Translations under genes and position numbers: made by a program
Shown: positions 12,956-24,894 of the stretch, piece by piece
Position numbering within the stretch: the stretch's first letter is position 1
Layout of the letters: every line of letters starts with the position of its first letter
The notes under the pieces: model-generated
The model's input: the letters and a program-made list of their open reading frames with translations, nothing else
Database searches by the model: none
Told to the model about the DNA's origin: nothing
From: Mobula hypostoma
Lineage: Eukaryota
Length of the DNA stretch: 64,000 nucleotides
NCBI RefSeq assembly: GCF_963921235.1
Contig: NC_086097.1
Location: 37,140,001 to 37,204,000 of the forward strand
Direction: 5' to 3'

Positions 12956-13573
12956 CACAAACAAGAGAAAATCTGCAGATGCTGGAAACCCAAGCAATAC
13001 ACTCAAAATGCTAGAGGAACTCAGCAGGCCAGGCATCATCTATGGAAAAGAGTACAGTTGACATTTCGGGCTGAGACCCTTCAGCAGAACTGGAGAAAAA
13101 ATGCAGAGTAGATTTAAAAGGTGGGGTGGGGAAGAACGGCGAGTCTGATAGAGAAAAAACGTCCAGTAGCCTCCAACCTGATGACATGAACATCGATTTC
13201 TCAAACTTCTGTTAATGCCTCCCCTTCACCATTCCCCATCCCCTTTTCCCTCTCTCACCTTATCTCCTTGCTCACCCATCGCCTCCCCCTTTTTCTTTCT
13301 TCCATGGCTTTGTCTTCTTCTATCAGACTCCCCCTTCTTCAGCCCTGTATCTCTTTCACCAATCAATTTCCCAGCTCTTTACTTCATCCCTCTCCCTTCA
13401 GGTTTCACCTATCACCTTGTGATTCTCTCTCCCCACCCCCACCACCTTTTAAATCTACTCCTCAGCTTTCTTTTTCCAGTCGTGCTGAAGGGTCTCCGCC
13501 TGAAACATCGACTGTACTCTTTTCCACAGATGCTGACTGCCCTCTAAATTCCTCCAGCATTTTCTGTGTGTTG
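12956..13573. mobile_element. PLE 3' fragment with inverted terminal repeat
   Basis: Tail-bearing arm on minus (12956-~13165); plus arm from the GIY-YIG end (SLQPDDMNIDFS) to tgtgtgttg. TSD CTAAAATTTCCTTTT (12941-12955) / CTATAATTTCCTTTT (13574-13588). Confidence 0.82.
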
Positions 13574-14112
13574 CTATAATTTCCTTTTTCTTAAACCTCC
13601 CTCAATTAATGACACTTGCTATTTTCACAGTCCTCCAGAACCATTCCTGAATCTAGTGGTTCTAAAAAGATTATTACCAATGCCTCTGCAATCTCTTCAG
13701 CTACTTCTTTCCTGACTATCTGACCGATAGACCCCAGTTTGTGCAGCTGGGTAGTTCTCTGTGTGACATAGTGGTCAGTGGCACTGGAGTGTCACAAGGG
13801 ACTGTCCTTTCTCCATTGCTGTTTACACTGTACACCTCAGACTTCCAGTACAAATCTGAGTCTTGTCACTTGCAGAAGTTCTCTGATGACCCTACTGTGG
13901 TTGGGTGTATCAGACTTGGGCAAATCGTTTAATGTGTGCAGCAGAATGTTGGGGATCTTTTATCAGTCTGTTGTAGTGATTGCTTTGAATCTTTACATTG
14001 GGGGAGCAGCATTGGTGCTGGTGATGCAAAAAAACTAAACCAACTCATCAAGAAACACATAAAAGTTGCTGGTGAACGCAGCAGGCCAGGCAGCATCTCT
14101 AGGAAGAGGTAC

Positions 14113-14148
14113 AGTCGACGTTTCGGGCTGAGACCCTTCATCAGGATT
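14113..14148 (-). ncRNA. Minimal hammerhead ribozyme motif in the PLE terminal repeat
   Basis: Minus: AAUC-CUGAUGA-A-GGG ucucag CCC-GAA-ACGU-C-GACU; one mismatch in helix I. Confidence 0.62.
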
Positions 14149-14736
14149 AACTGAAAGAAGAGATAGTAGGAGATTTGAAAGTGGGAGGGGGACGGGAGAT
14201 CTGAAATGATAGGAGAAGACAGGAGGGGAAGGGATAGAGCTAAGAGCTGGACAGTTGATTGGCAAAAGGGATATGAGAGGATCATGGGATGGGAGGCCTA
14301 GGGAGAAAGAAAGGGGGAGGGAGGAAGCCCAGAGGATGGGCAAGGAGTATAGTGAGAGGGACAGAGGGAGAAACAGGAGAGAGAGAAAATTAATAAATAA
14401 TGGTTGGGGTACAAAGGGGAGGTGGGGCATTAACGGAAGTTAGAGAAGTCAACGTTCATGCCATCAGGTTGGAGGCTACCCAGACGGAATATAAGGTATT
14501 GTTCCTCCAACCTGAGTGTGGCTTCATCTTGACAGTAGAGGAGGCTGTGGATAGACATATCAGAATGGGAATGGGGTGTGGAATTAAAATGTGTGGCCAC
14601 AGGGAGATCCTGCTTTCTCTGGCGGACAGAGCGTAAGTGTTCAGCCTGCTTCAGGTCTCGCCAATATAGAGAAGGTCGCATCAGGAGCACCGGACGCAGT
14701 ATATCACCCCAGCCGACTCACAGGTGAAGTGTCGCC

Positions 14737-15756
14737 TCACCTGGAAAGACTGTCTGGGGCCCTGAATGGTGGTGAGGGAGGAAGTGTAAGGGCATGTGTA
14801 GCACTTGTTCCGCTTACTAGGATAAGTGCTGGGAGGGATATCGGTGGGAAGGGATGGTGGGGGGACGAATGGACACGGGAGTCGCATAGGGAGCGATCCC
14901 TGCGAAAAGCAGACGGGGGGGGGGAGGGAAAGATGTGCTTAGTGGTGGGATCCCGTTGGAAGTGGCGGAAGTTACAGAGGCTAGTGGGGTGGTAAGTGAG
15001 GACAAGGGGAACCCTATTCCTAGTGGAGTGGCGGGAGGATGGTGTGAGAGCAGATGTGCGTGAAATGGGAGAGATGCGTTTGAGAGCAGAGTTGATGGTG
15101 GAGGAAGGAAAGCCCCTTTCTTTAAAAAAGGAGGACATCTCCTTCATTCTGGAATGAAAAGCCTCATCCTGAGAGCAGATGCGGTGGAGACGGAGGAATT
15201 GCGAGAAGGGGATGGCATTTTTGCAAGAGACAGGGTGAGAAGAGGAATAGTCCAGGTAGCTGTGAGAGTCCGTAGGCTTATAGTAGACCTCAATAGATAA
15301 GCTATCTCCAGAGATAGAGACAGAAAGATACAGAAAGGGGAGGGAGGTGTCGGAAATGGACCAGGTAAACTCGAGGGCAGGGTGAAAGTTGGAGGCAAAG
15401 TTAATGAAGTCAACGAGCTCAGCATGTGTGCAGGAAGCAGTGCTAATGCAGTCGTCGATGTAGCAAAGGAAAAGTGGGGGACAGATACCAGTATAGTTTT
15501 GGAACATGGATTGTTCCACAAAGCCAACAAAAAGGCAGGCATAGCTGGGACCCATATGGGTGCCCATGACTACACCTTCAGTTTGGAGGAAGTGGGAGGA
15601 GCCAAAAGAGAAATTATTAAGAGTAAGGACTAATTCCGCTAGACGGAGCAGAGTGGTGGTAGAGGGGCACTGGTTAGGTCTGGAATCCAAAAAGAAGCGG
15701 AGAGCTTTGAGACCTTCCTGGTGGGGGATGGAAGTATATAGGGACTGGACATCCAC
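14737..15756 (-). pseudogene. PLE reverse transcriptase ORF remnant (339 aa, frameshifted before GIY-YIG)
   Basis: ORF track. RT motifs are present; the frame is lost after ...RDRSLCDS and the endonuclease is read in other frames (14681-14887, 14430-14690). Confidence 0.88.
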
Positions 15757-17960
15757 GGTGAAAATAAAGCAGTGGGGGCCAAGGAACTTAAAATCATAGA
15801 AAAATTTCAGAGTGTGAGAAGTGTCACGAACATAGGTGGGAAGGGATTAACAAGGGGGGGATAAAACAGTGTTGAGGTATGCAGAAACGAGTTCAGTGGG
15901 GCAGGAGCAAGCTGAGACAATGGGTCTGCCAGGACAGGCAGGTTTGTGGATCTTGGGTAGGAGGTAGAAACGGGAAGTGCGAGGTGTGGGAACTATAAGG
16001 TTGGTAGCAGTGGATGGGAGATCCCCTGAGCGGATAAAGTCGGTGATGGTGTGGGAGACAATGCCCTGGTGCTCCTTAGTGGGGTCACAATCGAGGGGTA
16101 AATAAGAGGAGGTATCCGCGAGTCATCGCTGTGCCTCAGCAAGGTAGAGGTCAGTACGCCAGACTACAACAGCATCCCCCTTATTGGCGGGTTTAATAAT
16201 AAGGTTAGGATTAGTGCGGAGGGAGTGGAGAGCAGAGTGTTCAGGAAGAGTGAGGTTGGAATGGGAACAAGGTGTGGTGAAGTCGAGACGGTTGATGTCC
16301 CGTCGGCAGTTAGCAATAAAAGAGATCCAGAGCAGGCAGAAGACCAGAGCTGGGTGTCCATGAAGAGGAGGAGGGTTGGAGAAGGGGTCATCAGTGGGGG
16401 TGGAAGAGTCCTTGCCAAAGAAGTAGGCTCGAAGACGAAGCCAGCGGAAGAAGAGTTCAGCGTCATGACAAACGCAGAACTCGCTGTGGTGTGGGCAAAG
16501 GGGAACAAAGGTGAGGCCCTTACTGAGGACAGAGCGCTCTGCCTCAGACAGTTTATCAAAAAGGCTGAATCCATCCTTAGCTACAATCCGGACTCTTTTA
16601 AGTTAGTGGTGGAGAGGAGGTCACTAAACAAACTGTTATCCATTATGGACAATCAGGCACATCCTCTCCATGACCTACTGAATAAGCAGCAGAGCACTCT
16701 TTCAGCTCCTTTCGGGTTCATTCAGTTCTGCTGTCACAAGGATCGTTGCAGGAAATCTTTCCTACCAAATGCAGTAAGCATATATAACAGTTCATCTCTG
16801 CGCGACAGGAAAGCACACATCATAGTACAATAGTCTGTTTTATTATTTTGTAAATTATTATTGCACATTGGCAAATTATTATTGTGTATATTATTATCCT
16901 CTATTCATTACTGGTTAAGTCTTCACACTGCTAAGTGTGTTTTTAAATGTTGCTGCTGTAAAAAAAGAATTTCCCACTCGTGATCAATATTTATTATTAT
17001 TATTCATCCTTGGGTGTAGTCCAACTGTCCCGGTGATTTAGCTACCATCAGATCTTTCAGCTTCCCAAGCACCTTCTCTTAGCAATTGAAATGACACTCA
17101 CTTCTGCCCCTGACATTCTCAAATTTCTGACATACTACTAGTGTCTTCCACAGTAAAGACTGGCACAAAATACTTCTTAATATGTCTGCCATTTCTTTGT
17201 ACCCCATTATTGCCTTTCCTGCATCATTTTTCCAGTGGTCCAATACCCACGCTCGATTCTCTTTTACTCTTCACATATCTGAAAAACTTTTTGTATCCTC
17301 TTTTGTATTATTTTAGATGCCTTCTGATTGTTTTCTTTAAGCTTTCCAATCCTCTAACCTCCACTATTTTTTTTGCTATACTATATGCCCTCTCTTTGCC
17401 TTTTATGCTGTCTTTGACTTCCCTTGTCAGCCATGGTTCCCTGCAGAATACTACTTCATCTTTGGCATGTATTTTTCCTGCGCTTTCCAAATTTCTCTCA
17501 TAAACACCAGCTATCACTATTCTGTCATCATCCCTGCTACGGTCCCCTTCCAATCAACTTTGGCCAGTTCCTTTCTCATGCCTCTGTAATTCCCTTTAAT
17601 GAGAAAGGCCAGATGGGTTCAAGCTGACAGGAAGGCAATGTAACTCAAATAACCATGTGTTACATCAGTGATGTGCAGGAGCATCTCTGAATGCACAACA
17701 CGTGTAGAAGACCAGTAGAAGACAGTAGAAGACTATGAACATTACATGCAGTGGCCACTTAATTAGGTACAGGAGATATCTAATAAAGTGCCCACTGGGT
17801 GTATTTCATTTACAATAAAGGAAGTTTACACAGTGCCGATGGGATTATACCTGGTTTTTAAAAAAAGTCTGATCTTAAGGTTTCCATATTGGAAGCAGTG
17901 CATTGGTAACTCGTTGACTCCTGGGATGAAGGGAATTACCTACAAATAGAGGTGGAATTA

Positions 17961-20750
17961 CATAAGAACACAAGAAATAGGAGCAGGAGTAGGCCATCCG
18001 GCCCATTGAGCCTGCCCCGCCATTCAACAAGATCATGGCTGACCTGTCCGTAAACTCAGCTCCATATACCTGCCTTTTCCCCGTAACCCGTAATTCACCT
18101 ACTATGTAAAAATCTATCTAACTGTATCTTAAATATATTTAGTGAAGAAGCCGCAACAGCTTCCCTGGGCAGAGAATTCCACAGATTTACCACTCTCTGG
18201 GAAAAAGTTTCTCCTCATCTCCATCCTAAATCTTCTCCCCTGAATCTTGAGGCAATATCCTCCAGTTCTAGTCTCACCTACCAATGGAAACAACTTTCCT
18301 ACTTCTATCTTATCTATCCCTTTCAAAATTTTGTATGTTTCTATAAGATCCCCTCTCATTCTTCTGAACTCCAGAGAGTATAGTCCCAGGCAACTCAATC
18401 TCTCCTCATAGGTTAACCCCTTCATCTCTGGAATCAACCTGGTGAACCTCCTCTGCACTGCCTCCAAAGCCAGTATATCCTTCCTCAAGTATGGAGACCA
18501 GAACTGCACACAGTACTCCAGGTGCTGCCTCACCAGTACCCTGTATAGTTGCAGCATGACCTCACTGCTCTTGAATTCAATCCCTCTAGTAATGAAGGCC
18601 AACATTCTGTTTGCCTTCTTAATAACCTGTTGTACCTGCAAGCCATCTTGTTTCAATTCATGAACAAGCACTCCCAAGTCCCTCTGCACAACAGCATGCT
18701 GCAATCTTTCACCATTTAAATAATAATCTGCTCTTCTATTATTCCTTACAAAGTGGATGATCTCGCATTTACCAACGTTGTATTCCATCTGCCAGACCTT
18801 GGCCCACTCACTTAACTTATCTATATCCCTCTATACGAATTGATTTTCCATTCAGTTTAGTGTCATCAGCAAATTTTGCTACGCTACACTCAGTCCCCCC
18901 TTCCAAATCATCAATGTAAATGGTAAACAGCTGTGGGCCCAGCACTGACCCCTGCAGCACCCCACTCACCACTGACTGCCAACCAGAGAAACACCCATTT
19001 ATACCAACTCTCTGCCTTCTATTGGTTAACCAATCCACAATCCATGCCAATACACTTCCTCCGACTCCATGCATCTGTATCTTATTTATAAGCCTCTTGT
19101 GCGGCACCTTATCGAACGCCCACTGGAAATTCAAGTATACGACATCCACCTGTTCCCCTCTATCCACCGCACTCATTATGTCCTCAAAGAGCTCCAGTAA
19201 GTTTGTCAAATAGGACCTGCCCTTTCTGAATCCATGCTGCATCTGTCTAATGGAACCAGTCCTTTCTAAATGTTTCGCTACTTCTTCCTTAATGACGGCT
19301 TCAAGCATTTTCACAACTACAGATATTAAGCTAACTGGCCTATAATCGCCCGCCTTTTGCCTACATCCTTTTTTAAAAAGTGGCGTGACATTTGCTGTCC
19401 TCCAATCCACCAGGAATTGCCCAGAGTCTAGAGAGTTTTGATAAATGATTACCAACTCGTCTATTTTAACCTCTGCCAATTCCCTCAGCACCCTGGGATG
19501 CATCCCATTAGGACCAGGGGACTTATCTACCTTCAGGCCCTCTATTTTGCTCATCACTATCTCTTTAGTGACAGTGATTTTATCGAGGTCCTCACCTCCC
19601 ATTTCATCCATAACATCCTTCTTTGGCATATTAGACATGCCCTCCACTGTGAAGACCGACACAAAATAGTCGTTCAACGCCTCAGCCATTTCCTTATCGC
19701 CCAATATCAATTCCCGCTTCTCGTCTTCCAAGGGACCTACCTTGACTTTAGCCACCCTCTTCCGTTTTATATATTTATAAAAACTTTTGCTATCTGTTTT
19801 TATATTTTGTGCTAATTTACTTTCATACTCATTCTTCCCTTTCCTTATTTCTTGTTTAGTTGCTCTTTGTTGCTTTCTAAAGTTTTCCCAATCCTCCAGT
19901 CTCCCACTACTCTTTGGAACTTTGTACACATGAGCTTTTAATTTGATATTATCTTTTACTTCCTTAGTTATCCGAGGCTGGCTCTCCCCACACTTACTGT
20001 ATTTACTTTTGACTGGAATATACTTTTGTTGAGCACCGTCAAAAACCTCTTTGAAAGTATTCCACTGTTCCTCAACTGTCCTACCAATTAACCTGTGCTC
20101 CCAACCCACATCAGCCAACTCCCCCCTCATCCTGTTGTAGTCTCCCTTGTTCAAGCTTAATACACTAGTTTTAGATCTAACTATTTCATCCTCTATCTGT
20201 ATGCGAAATTCAATCATACTATGATCACTCTTTCCAAGAGGATCCCTGACTACAAGATTGTTAATCTTACCTGTCTCATTGCACAAGACTAGATCTAAGA
20301 TAACATTTTCCCTTGTAAGTTCACTAACATGCTGCTCAAGAAAGCCATCACAGATGCATTCTATGAAGTCCTCCTCAAGTCTTCCTAGACCAACCTGATT
20401 CACCCAATCTATGTGGAAGTTAAAATCCCCCATGACAACTGCCGTTCTGCTCTTACAAGTCTCAGTTATTTCTTGGTTAATCACCTCTGCCACTGCAATA
20501 TTTTTATTAGGTGGCCTATAGACAACACCCACCAGTGATTTCTTCCCTTTACTATTCTTAACCTCTACCCAGATGGACTCAACATTCTGCTCTGTAGATC
20601 TTATATTGTCTCTCACAATCGCCCTGATCTCATCCCTAATCAAGAGCACCACCCTACCTCCTCTGCCCTCCTGCCTATCTTTCTGTATTACCTGATACCC
20701 TTGGATATTTCATTCTCAGTCATCTCTACCTTGCAACCAGGTTTCTGTAA
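17961..20750 (-). mobile_element. CR1-family LINE, 5'-truncated, relatively young ORF2 (APE + RT)
   Basis: 611-aa ORF 18817-20652 (GVVYRPP, MGDFN, LDLV, SDH, YRPVSL, QGSVLGP, KFADD) plus 219-aa C-terminus 18129-18788. Small deletion/frameshift near 18820-18840; 3' end at ~17961. Confidence 0.95.
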
Positions 20751-20754
20751 TTCA

Positions 20755-21090
20755 TACTCAGTAGAATATTTTATTGATATACAAGACTTTGAGGAAGATT
20801 GACAAGGTGGATCCTGACAGGGTATTTTCCCAAGCATGGATATCCAGAACTAGAAGGCATTGTTTCAGAATAGAAGTCATCTATCCAAGACATGATGAGG
20901 AGGAGCTTGCTTTGTCAGAGATAGTGGCTATTAGAATTCTTCCCCCAGAATAGTTTGGAGGCAGAGTCTTTGAGTATAGTTATGGCAATGACTGAAACAT
21001 AATTAAGCTACAGGGGAATCAAGAGGTCTGATCAGATCAAAAAGGATGCTATTGAAAGGCAGAGAAGGACTAACTGGCCTACTCCTACTC
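20755..21090 (+). mobile_element. Old CR1 3' fragment
   Basis: Decayed tccagaactagaaggcattgtttcagaatag... ending ggcctactcctactc. Confidence 0.55.
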
Positions 21091-21829
21091 ACGCACTTCT
21101 TGAGTATTGTTACAGCTACTGTCATTCGGGCAAATACAAAGATGGTGAAAAGGTTATTGGAACCCAGGAACTAAGACACTTGTTACAGATGAGAATAAGC
21201 AAATTAAATGCAATATGAAGCAATCATGACAGCGGTTTTGGAAAGGTCCACAAAATTAAGGATATGCTGGAGTTTAGAAGAGCTGCAGAATGAGAAGCCA
21301 GAAAATGGTGAAATTAAACAGGCTTGTGGATAGAATATTTTAAAAGCTACATACTGATTTTTTAAAAATCAATATTGGGTAAGCAATTCACACAAATGGA
21401 AAAATAAGTGTGAACAGAAATGATGCCTTCAACACATACTACAGTATAAATTCTTCTGATGCATAATATTAGTAGTCATCACATTCTTAAAAGCATTCTC
21501 AGCTGACTAGACAATAAGGAGTTCTTATCTCACTTCTGAATTATGATAAAAAGCTGCCTGGTTATGTAATTCAAATGCATAGATACTCTTATTTTGCAAT
21601 TTTAAATGCATACCAACTAGTAATCAGCACATTGTGTCATCTAATTACGCTAATAATCAGCGCATCAATACTTTTTAAAACTGTTAAATAAATGCTGATA
21701 CTGTTCTATTTTAATTAGAAGCAAGTATTGTGTCTATCTCAGCACATACCTCAGAGATTGGAATGAGAGATATAAACTTATTCACACAAAAGCTTGTTTT
21801 AATACAGTAAAGATGTTTCAATTATTCTA

Positions 21830-23100
21830 AGAAGGGAGGAAGGCAGAAGAAAGGAAATCAGTTAGTCTGACTTCGGTGGTTGGAAAGATGTTGGAGTCTA
21901 TTATTAAGAATGAGGTTTTGGAGTACTTGAAGGCACATGATAAAATGGGCCAAAGTCAGCAGGCAGGATAGACAAAAGAGAATCAGTGGGTGTTGTTTAT
22001 ATGGGTTTTCAAAAGACATTTGACAAGGTGCCACACACAAGACTGCTTAACAAGATAAATGACCATTTTATTACAGTCAAGGTACTGGCATGGATAGAAG
22101 CCAACTAGCAGGAGGCACAAAGTGGGAATAAAGGGGTCCTTTTCTGGATGTTTCCCAGTGACTAGTGGTGTCAGTGTTGAGACAGCTTCTTTTCACTTAA
22201 ACTGTCAAAGAGTTGGATGAAAAAACTGATAGCTTTGTGGCCAAGTTGCAGTAGATCAGTAGAACAAACAGGGTGTCTGCAGAAGGATTTACACAAATTG
22301 GGGGAATAGGCAAAGAAGTGGCAGATGGAATATAGTGTAGGGAAGAACATGGTCATCCACTTAGGCACAAGGAATAAAGGCATGGACTACTTTCTAAATG
22401 GGGGGAATATTCAACAATCAGATATGCCAAGGAACCTGGGAATCCTCGTGCAGGATTCCCTAAATGTAAACTTGAAGGTTGAGTCAGTGGTAAGGAAGGC
22501 AAATACAATATTAGCATTCATTTCGGGAGGACTAGAACACAAAAAGCAAGGATTTAATGCTGAAGCTTTATAAAGCATTGGTCAGACATGTGCAGTTTAG
22601 GCCCCTTATCTAAAAAACTATGTGATGGCATTGGAGAGGATCCAGAGGAGGTTCACAAGAATTATCTCAGGAATGACAGGGTTAACAGAGGAGGAGCATT
22701 TCATGGCTCTGGACGCTGGAGTCTAAAAAATGAGGGGGATCTCATTGAAACCTATCAATATTGAAAGAGCTAGATAGAGTGGATGTGGAGAGGATGTTTC
22801 CTATAGTTCATAGTGTAGGCACAGCATCAGAATTGAGGGACATCCACTTAGAACAGAGATACGGAAAGTTTTCTTGAGCCAGATGGTTGTGAATCTGTGG
22901 AATTCATTGCCACAGGTAGCGATGCAGACCAATTCATTGGGTATATTTAACTGACGTTGATAGGTTATTGATTAATCAGTGTGTCAAAGGAATCGGGGAG
23001 AAAGCAGGAGAATGGGGTTGAGAGGGATAATAAATCAGCCATGATGGAATGGCGGAGCAGACTCAATGGGCTTAATTCTGCTTTTTTCTCTTATGGTCTT
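21830..23100 (+). mobile_element. CR1 LINE RT to 3' end, decayed
   Basis: VSLTSVVGKMLESII..FDKVPH; ORF 22325-22573; 3' end tcttatggtctta. Confidence 0.85.
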
Positions 23101-24894
23101 ATACCTATAATGAGAAAGGGGCTTCAATGAAAATTAAGAGGAAAAAGGATAAAAACAGAGGTTTGGAAAGACTAAAAATTATTAATAAGATGACCCTAAG
23201 ATATTGAAAGTAAAGATAAAGGAGGCTGCATAGAGGGAACGAGCAGATAGCTCCAAAGTTCATGATTGAGAGTTGCACAGAACCTTGCAGAAAGATTACA
23301 CAAGCAACTCCAATGGGAAACATTGGAAAGCAAGCCTTAAAATGATGTGAAAATGCTACACTGATGTAATTTTGCAACTATTCCCCTATGAATTACAGGA
23401 ATCCCATTCTTTCAGTTTCAGGTCAGTACTAAACGTTTTTTGGGATCAATTCCTGATGTGTCCCTGTCTGCTCTGTTTTCACCACTGATTTGTTTTCCTA
23501 AACAATAGATCTGAACCAATAGACCTAAACCTTGAGTGCGATTGTTTTCCCAAACACAAAAGAAATCTTGTTTCTGTATATCAGGAATTTATATCTCAAG
23601 GATACAAGCGTAATTGCCACCTGGAACCTGAAGTCAATTAAAAATATATTAATGGTTCCCAACTGTATTAGTTTAGTAACATATTAAAACTGAATGGACA
23701 ATAGCCCCTTTTAGTTCTCTATCAAGCACAACGGACATATAAATGGGGTAAAAAAAAAATTGGACTTTGTTTCTGAACTGTAGTACTTTTAAAATTGTAT
23801 TCAATCCTCTTAGCAGCACTAAATATAAGTTGTTTTGATCAATACGCAAGATATTTCAAGTCAATCAATACATCTTCTTGCAAAATGAAGCTATAATCAG
23901 CAATGAAAAACAGCCAATTATTTTCTATAGTTTTTGAGGATAAATACCATACGTCTATCTTCAGCAACTTTTCACCACACATACCAAAATCATTATCTTC
24001 TTACATAATCCCTCAGAATGAAGAATGATTTGCTCCCACATCATTTTTTTTGCGGGGTTCTGAAATGGCTAATGAGGCCCATGAGGCCCAAATTTCCCTC
24101 ATTTTAGTAGTCAGGAACAAGAGGCTCCCAAAATTCAGTGAAAGCACTGGACATTTTCAAGCTTTGAGAACATCATAGAAACTTTTTCCTGTCACTCTTG
24201 CAACCTTTTCCCATATGTTCTCCCACAACAGTGTCAAGAGACTGGTGTTAGGCATGTAAACAACACAGCCTGCCAAATACAACCAACACAGAGTAACTAA
24301 GGCCTCCATGCTGGAAATGTTAGCCTAGAAGAAGACACTGATATTGGTTTGCCTATTTTTCTAATAAATATCAATAGTATTTTTCATTTCTTTAATTAAT
24401 TCTGGTAAAGCACCCGGCCTGGATGGGTATACAGTAGAATTTTAAAAATCTTTTTCAAGTCTACTTTCTCCTTGGTTATATAGAGTTTTTAAGGATGCCT
24501 TATTTGTAGATAAATTACCACAATCTTTCTATGAAGCTCTGGTTCTTCAATTCCTAAAAAAGGTAAAGACCCCACTGAATGTGCATCATATAGACCTATA
24601 TCCCTGTTAAATGTGGACTCCAAAATTTTTTCCAAAATATTAGCAATTAGATTGGAAAATGTATCGCCACAAATTGTTTCTGACGACCAGACAGGATTTA
24701 TTAAAAATTGTTATTCATATTTTAATGTTAGGAGGTTGATGAACATTGTATATACTTCATCTAAAACTCTAGAACATGTTATTTCACTTGACGCCGAGAA
24801 GGCATTTGATAGATTTGAATGGGAATATTTATTTAACATCCTTGAGAAATTTAATTTTAGCCCAAAATTCATAGCTTGGATTAAATTGATATAC

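Larger units (their letters stand above)
14052..16545 (-). mobile_element. Penelope-like element, 5'-truncated, RT + GIY-YIG (CxxC linker suggests Neptune-like clade)
   Basis: RT motifs MDVQSLYTSIPH, GVVMGTHMGPSYACLF, YIDD, VYYKPTDSHSYL; NKCYTC; FTCESAGVIYCVRC; VATHFN..H; LEEQYLIFRLGSLQPDGMN; terminal repeat at ~14052-14230. Confidence 0.92.
13713..17003 (+). mobile_element. Rex1/Babar-like LINE split by a PLE (pieces ~13713-14051 and ~16550-17003)
   Basis: GVSQGTVLSPLLFTLYTSD..HLQKFSDD; after the PLE it continues IKKAESIL..HPLH..RKSFLPNA; (TTA)n tail. Confidence 0.8.
11936..17597 (-). mobile_element. CR1 LINE in three pieces (~11936-12955, 13574-13712, 17004-17597)
   Basis: ORF 12533-12754 contains AKFADD (RT). 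The CR1 sequence resumes collinearly across the inserted PLE and Rex elements. Confidence 0.75.
11450..17801 (+). mobile_element. Tc1-like non-autonomous transposon split by ~5.9 kb of nested retroelements (own sequence ~11450-11661 and ~17597-17801)
   Basis: Left TIR CACTTAGTGGCCACTTCATTAGGTAC; right TIR TATCTAATAAAGTGCCCACTGGGTG|TA. Tc1 N-terminal remnant (KKCDPSEFHHGMIVDARQGSLSI) continues as VQADRKA..TQIT on the far side. Confidence 0.75.

Noticed and set aside
16225..16833. 202-aa plus-strand ORF
   Set aside because: Chimera of antisense PLE sequence and the C-terminus of the Rex LINE; no independent gene evidence.
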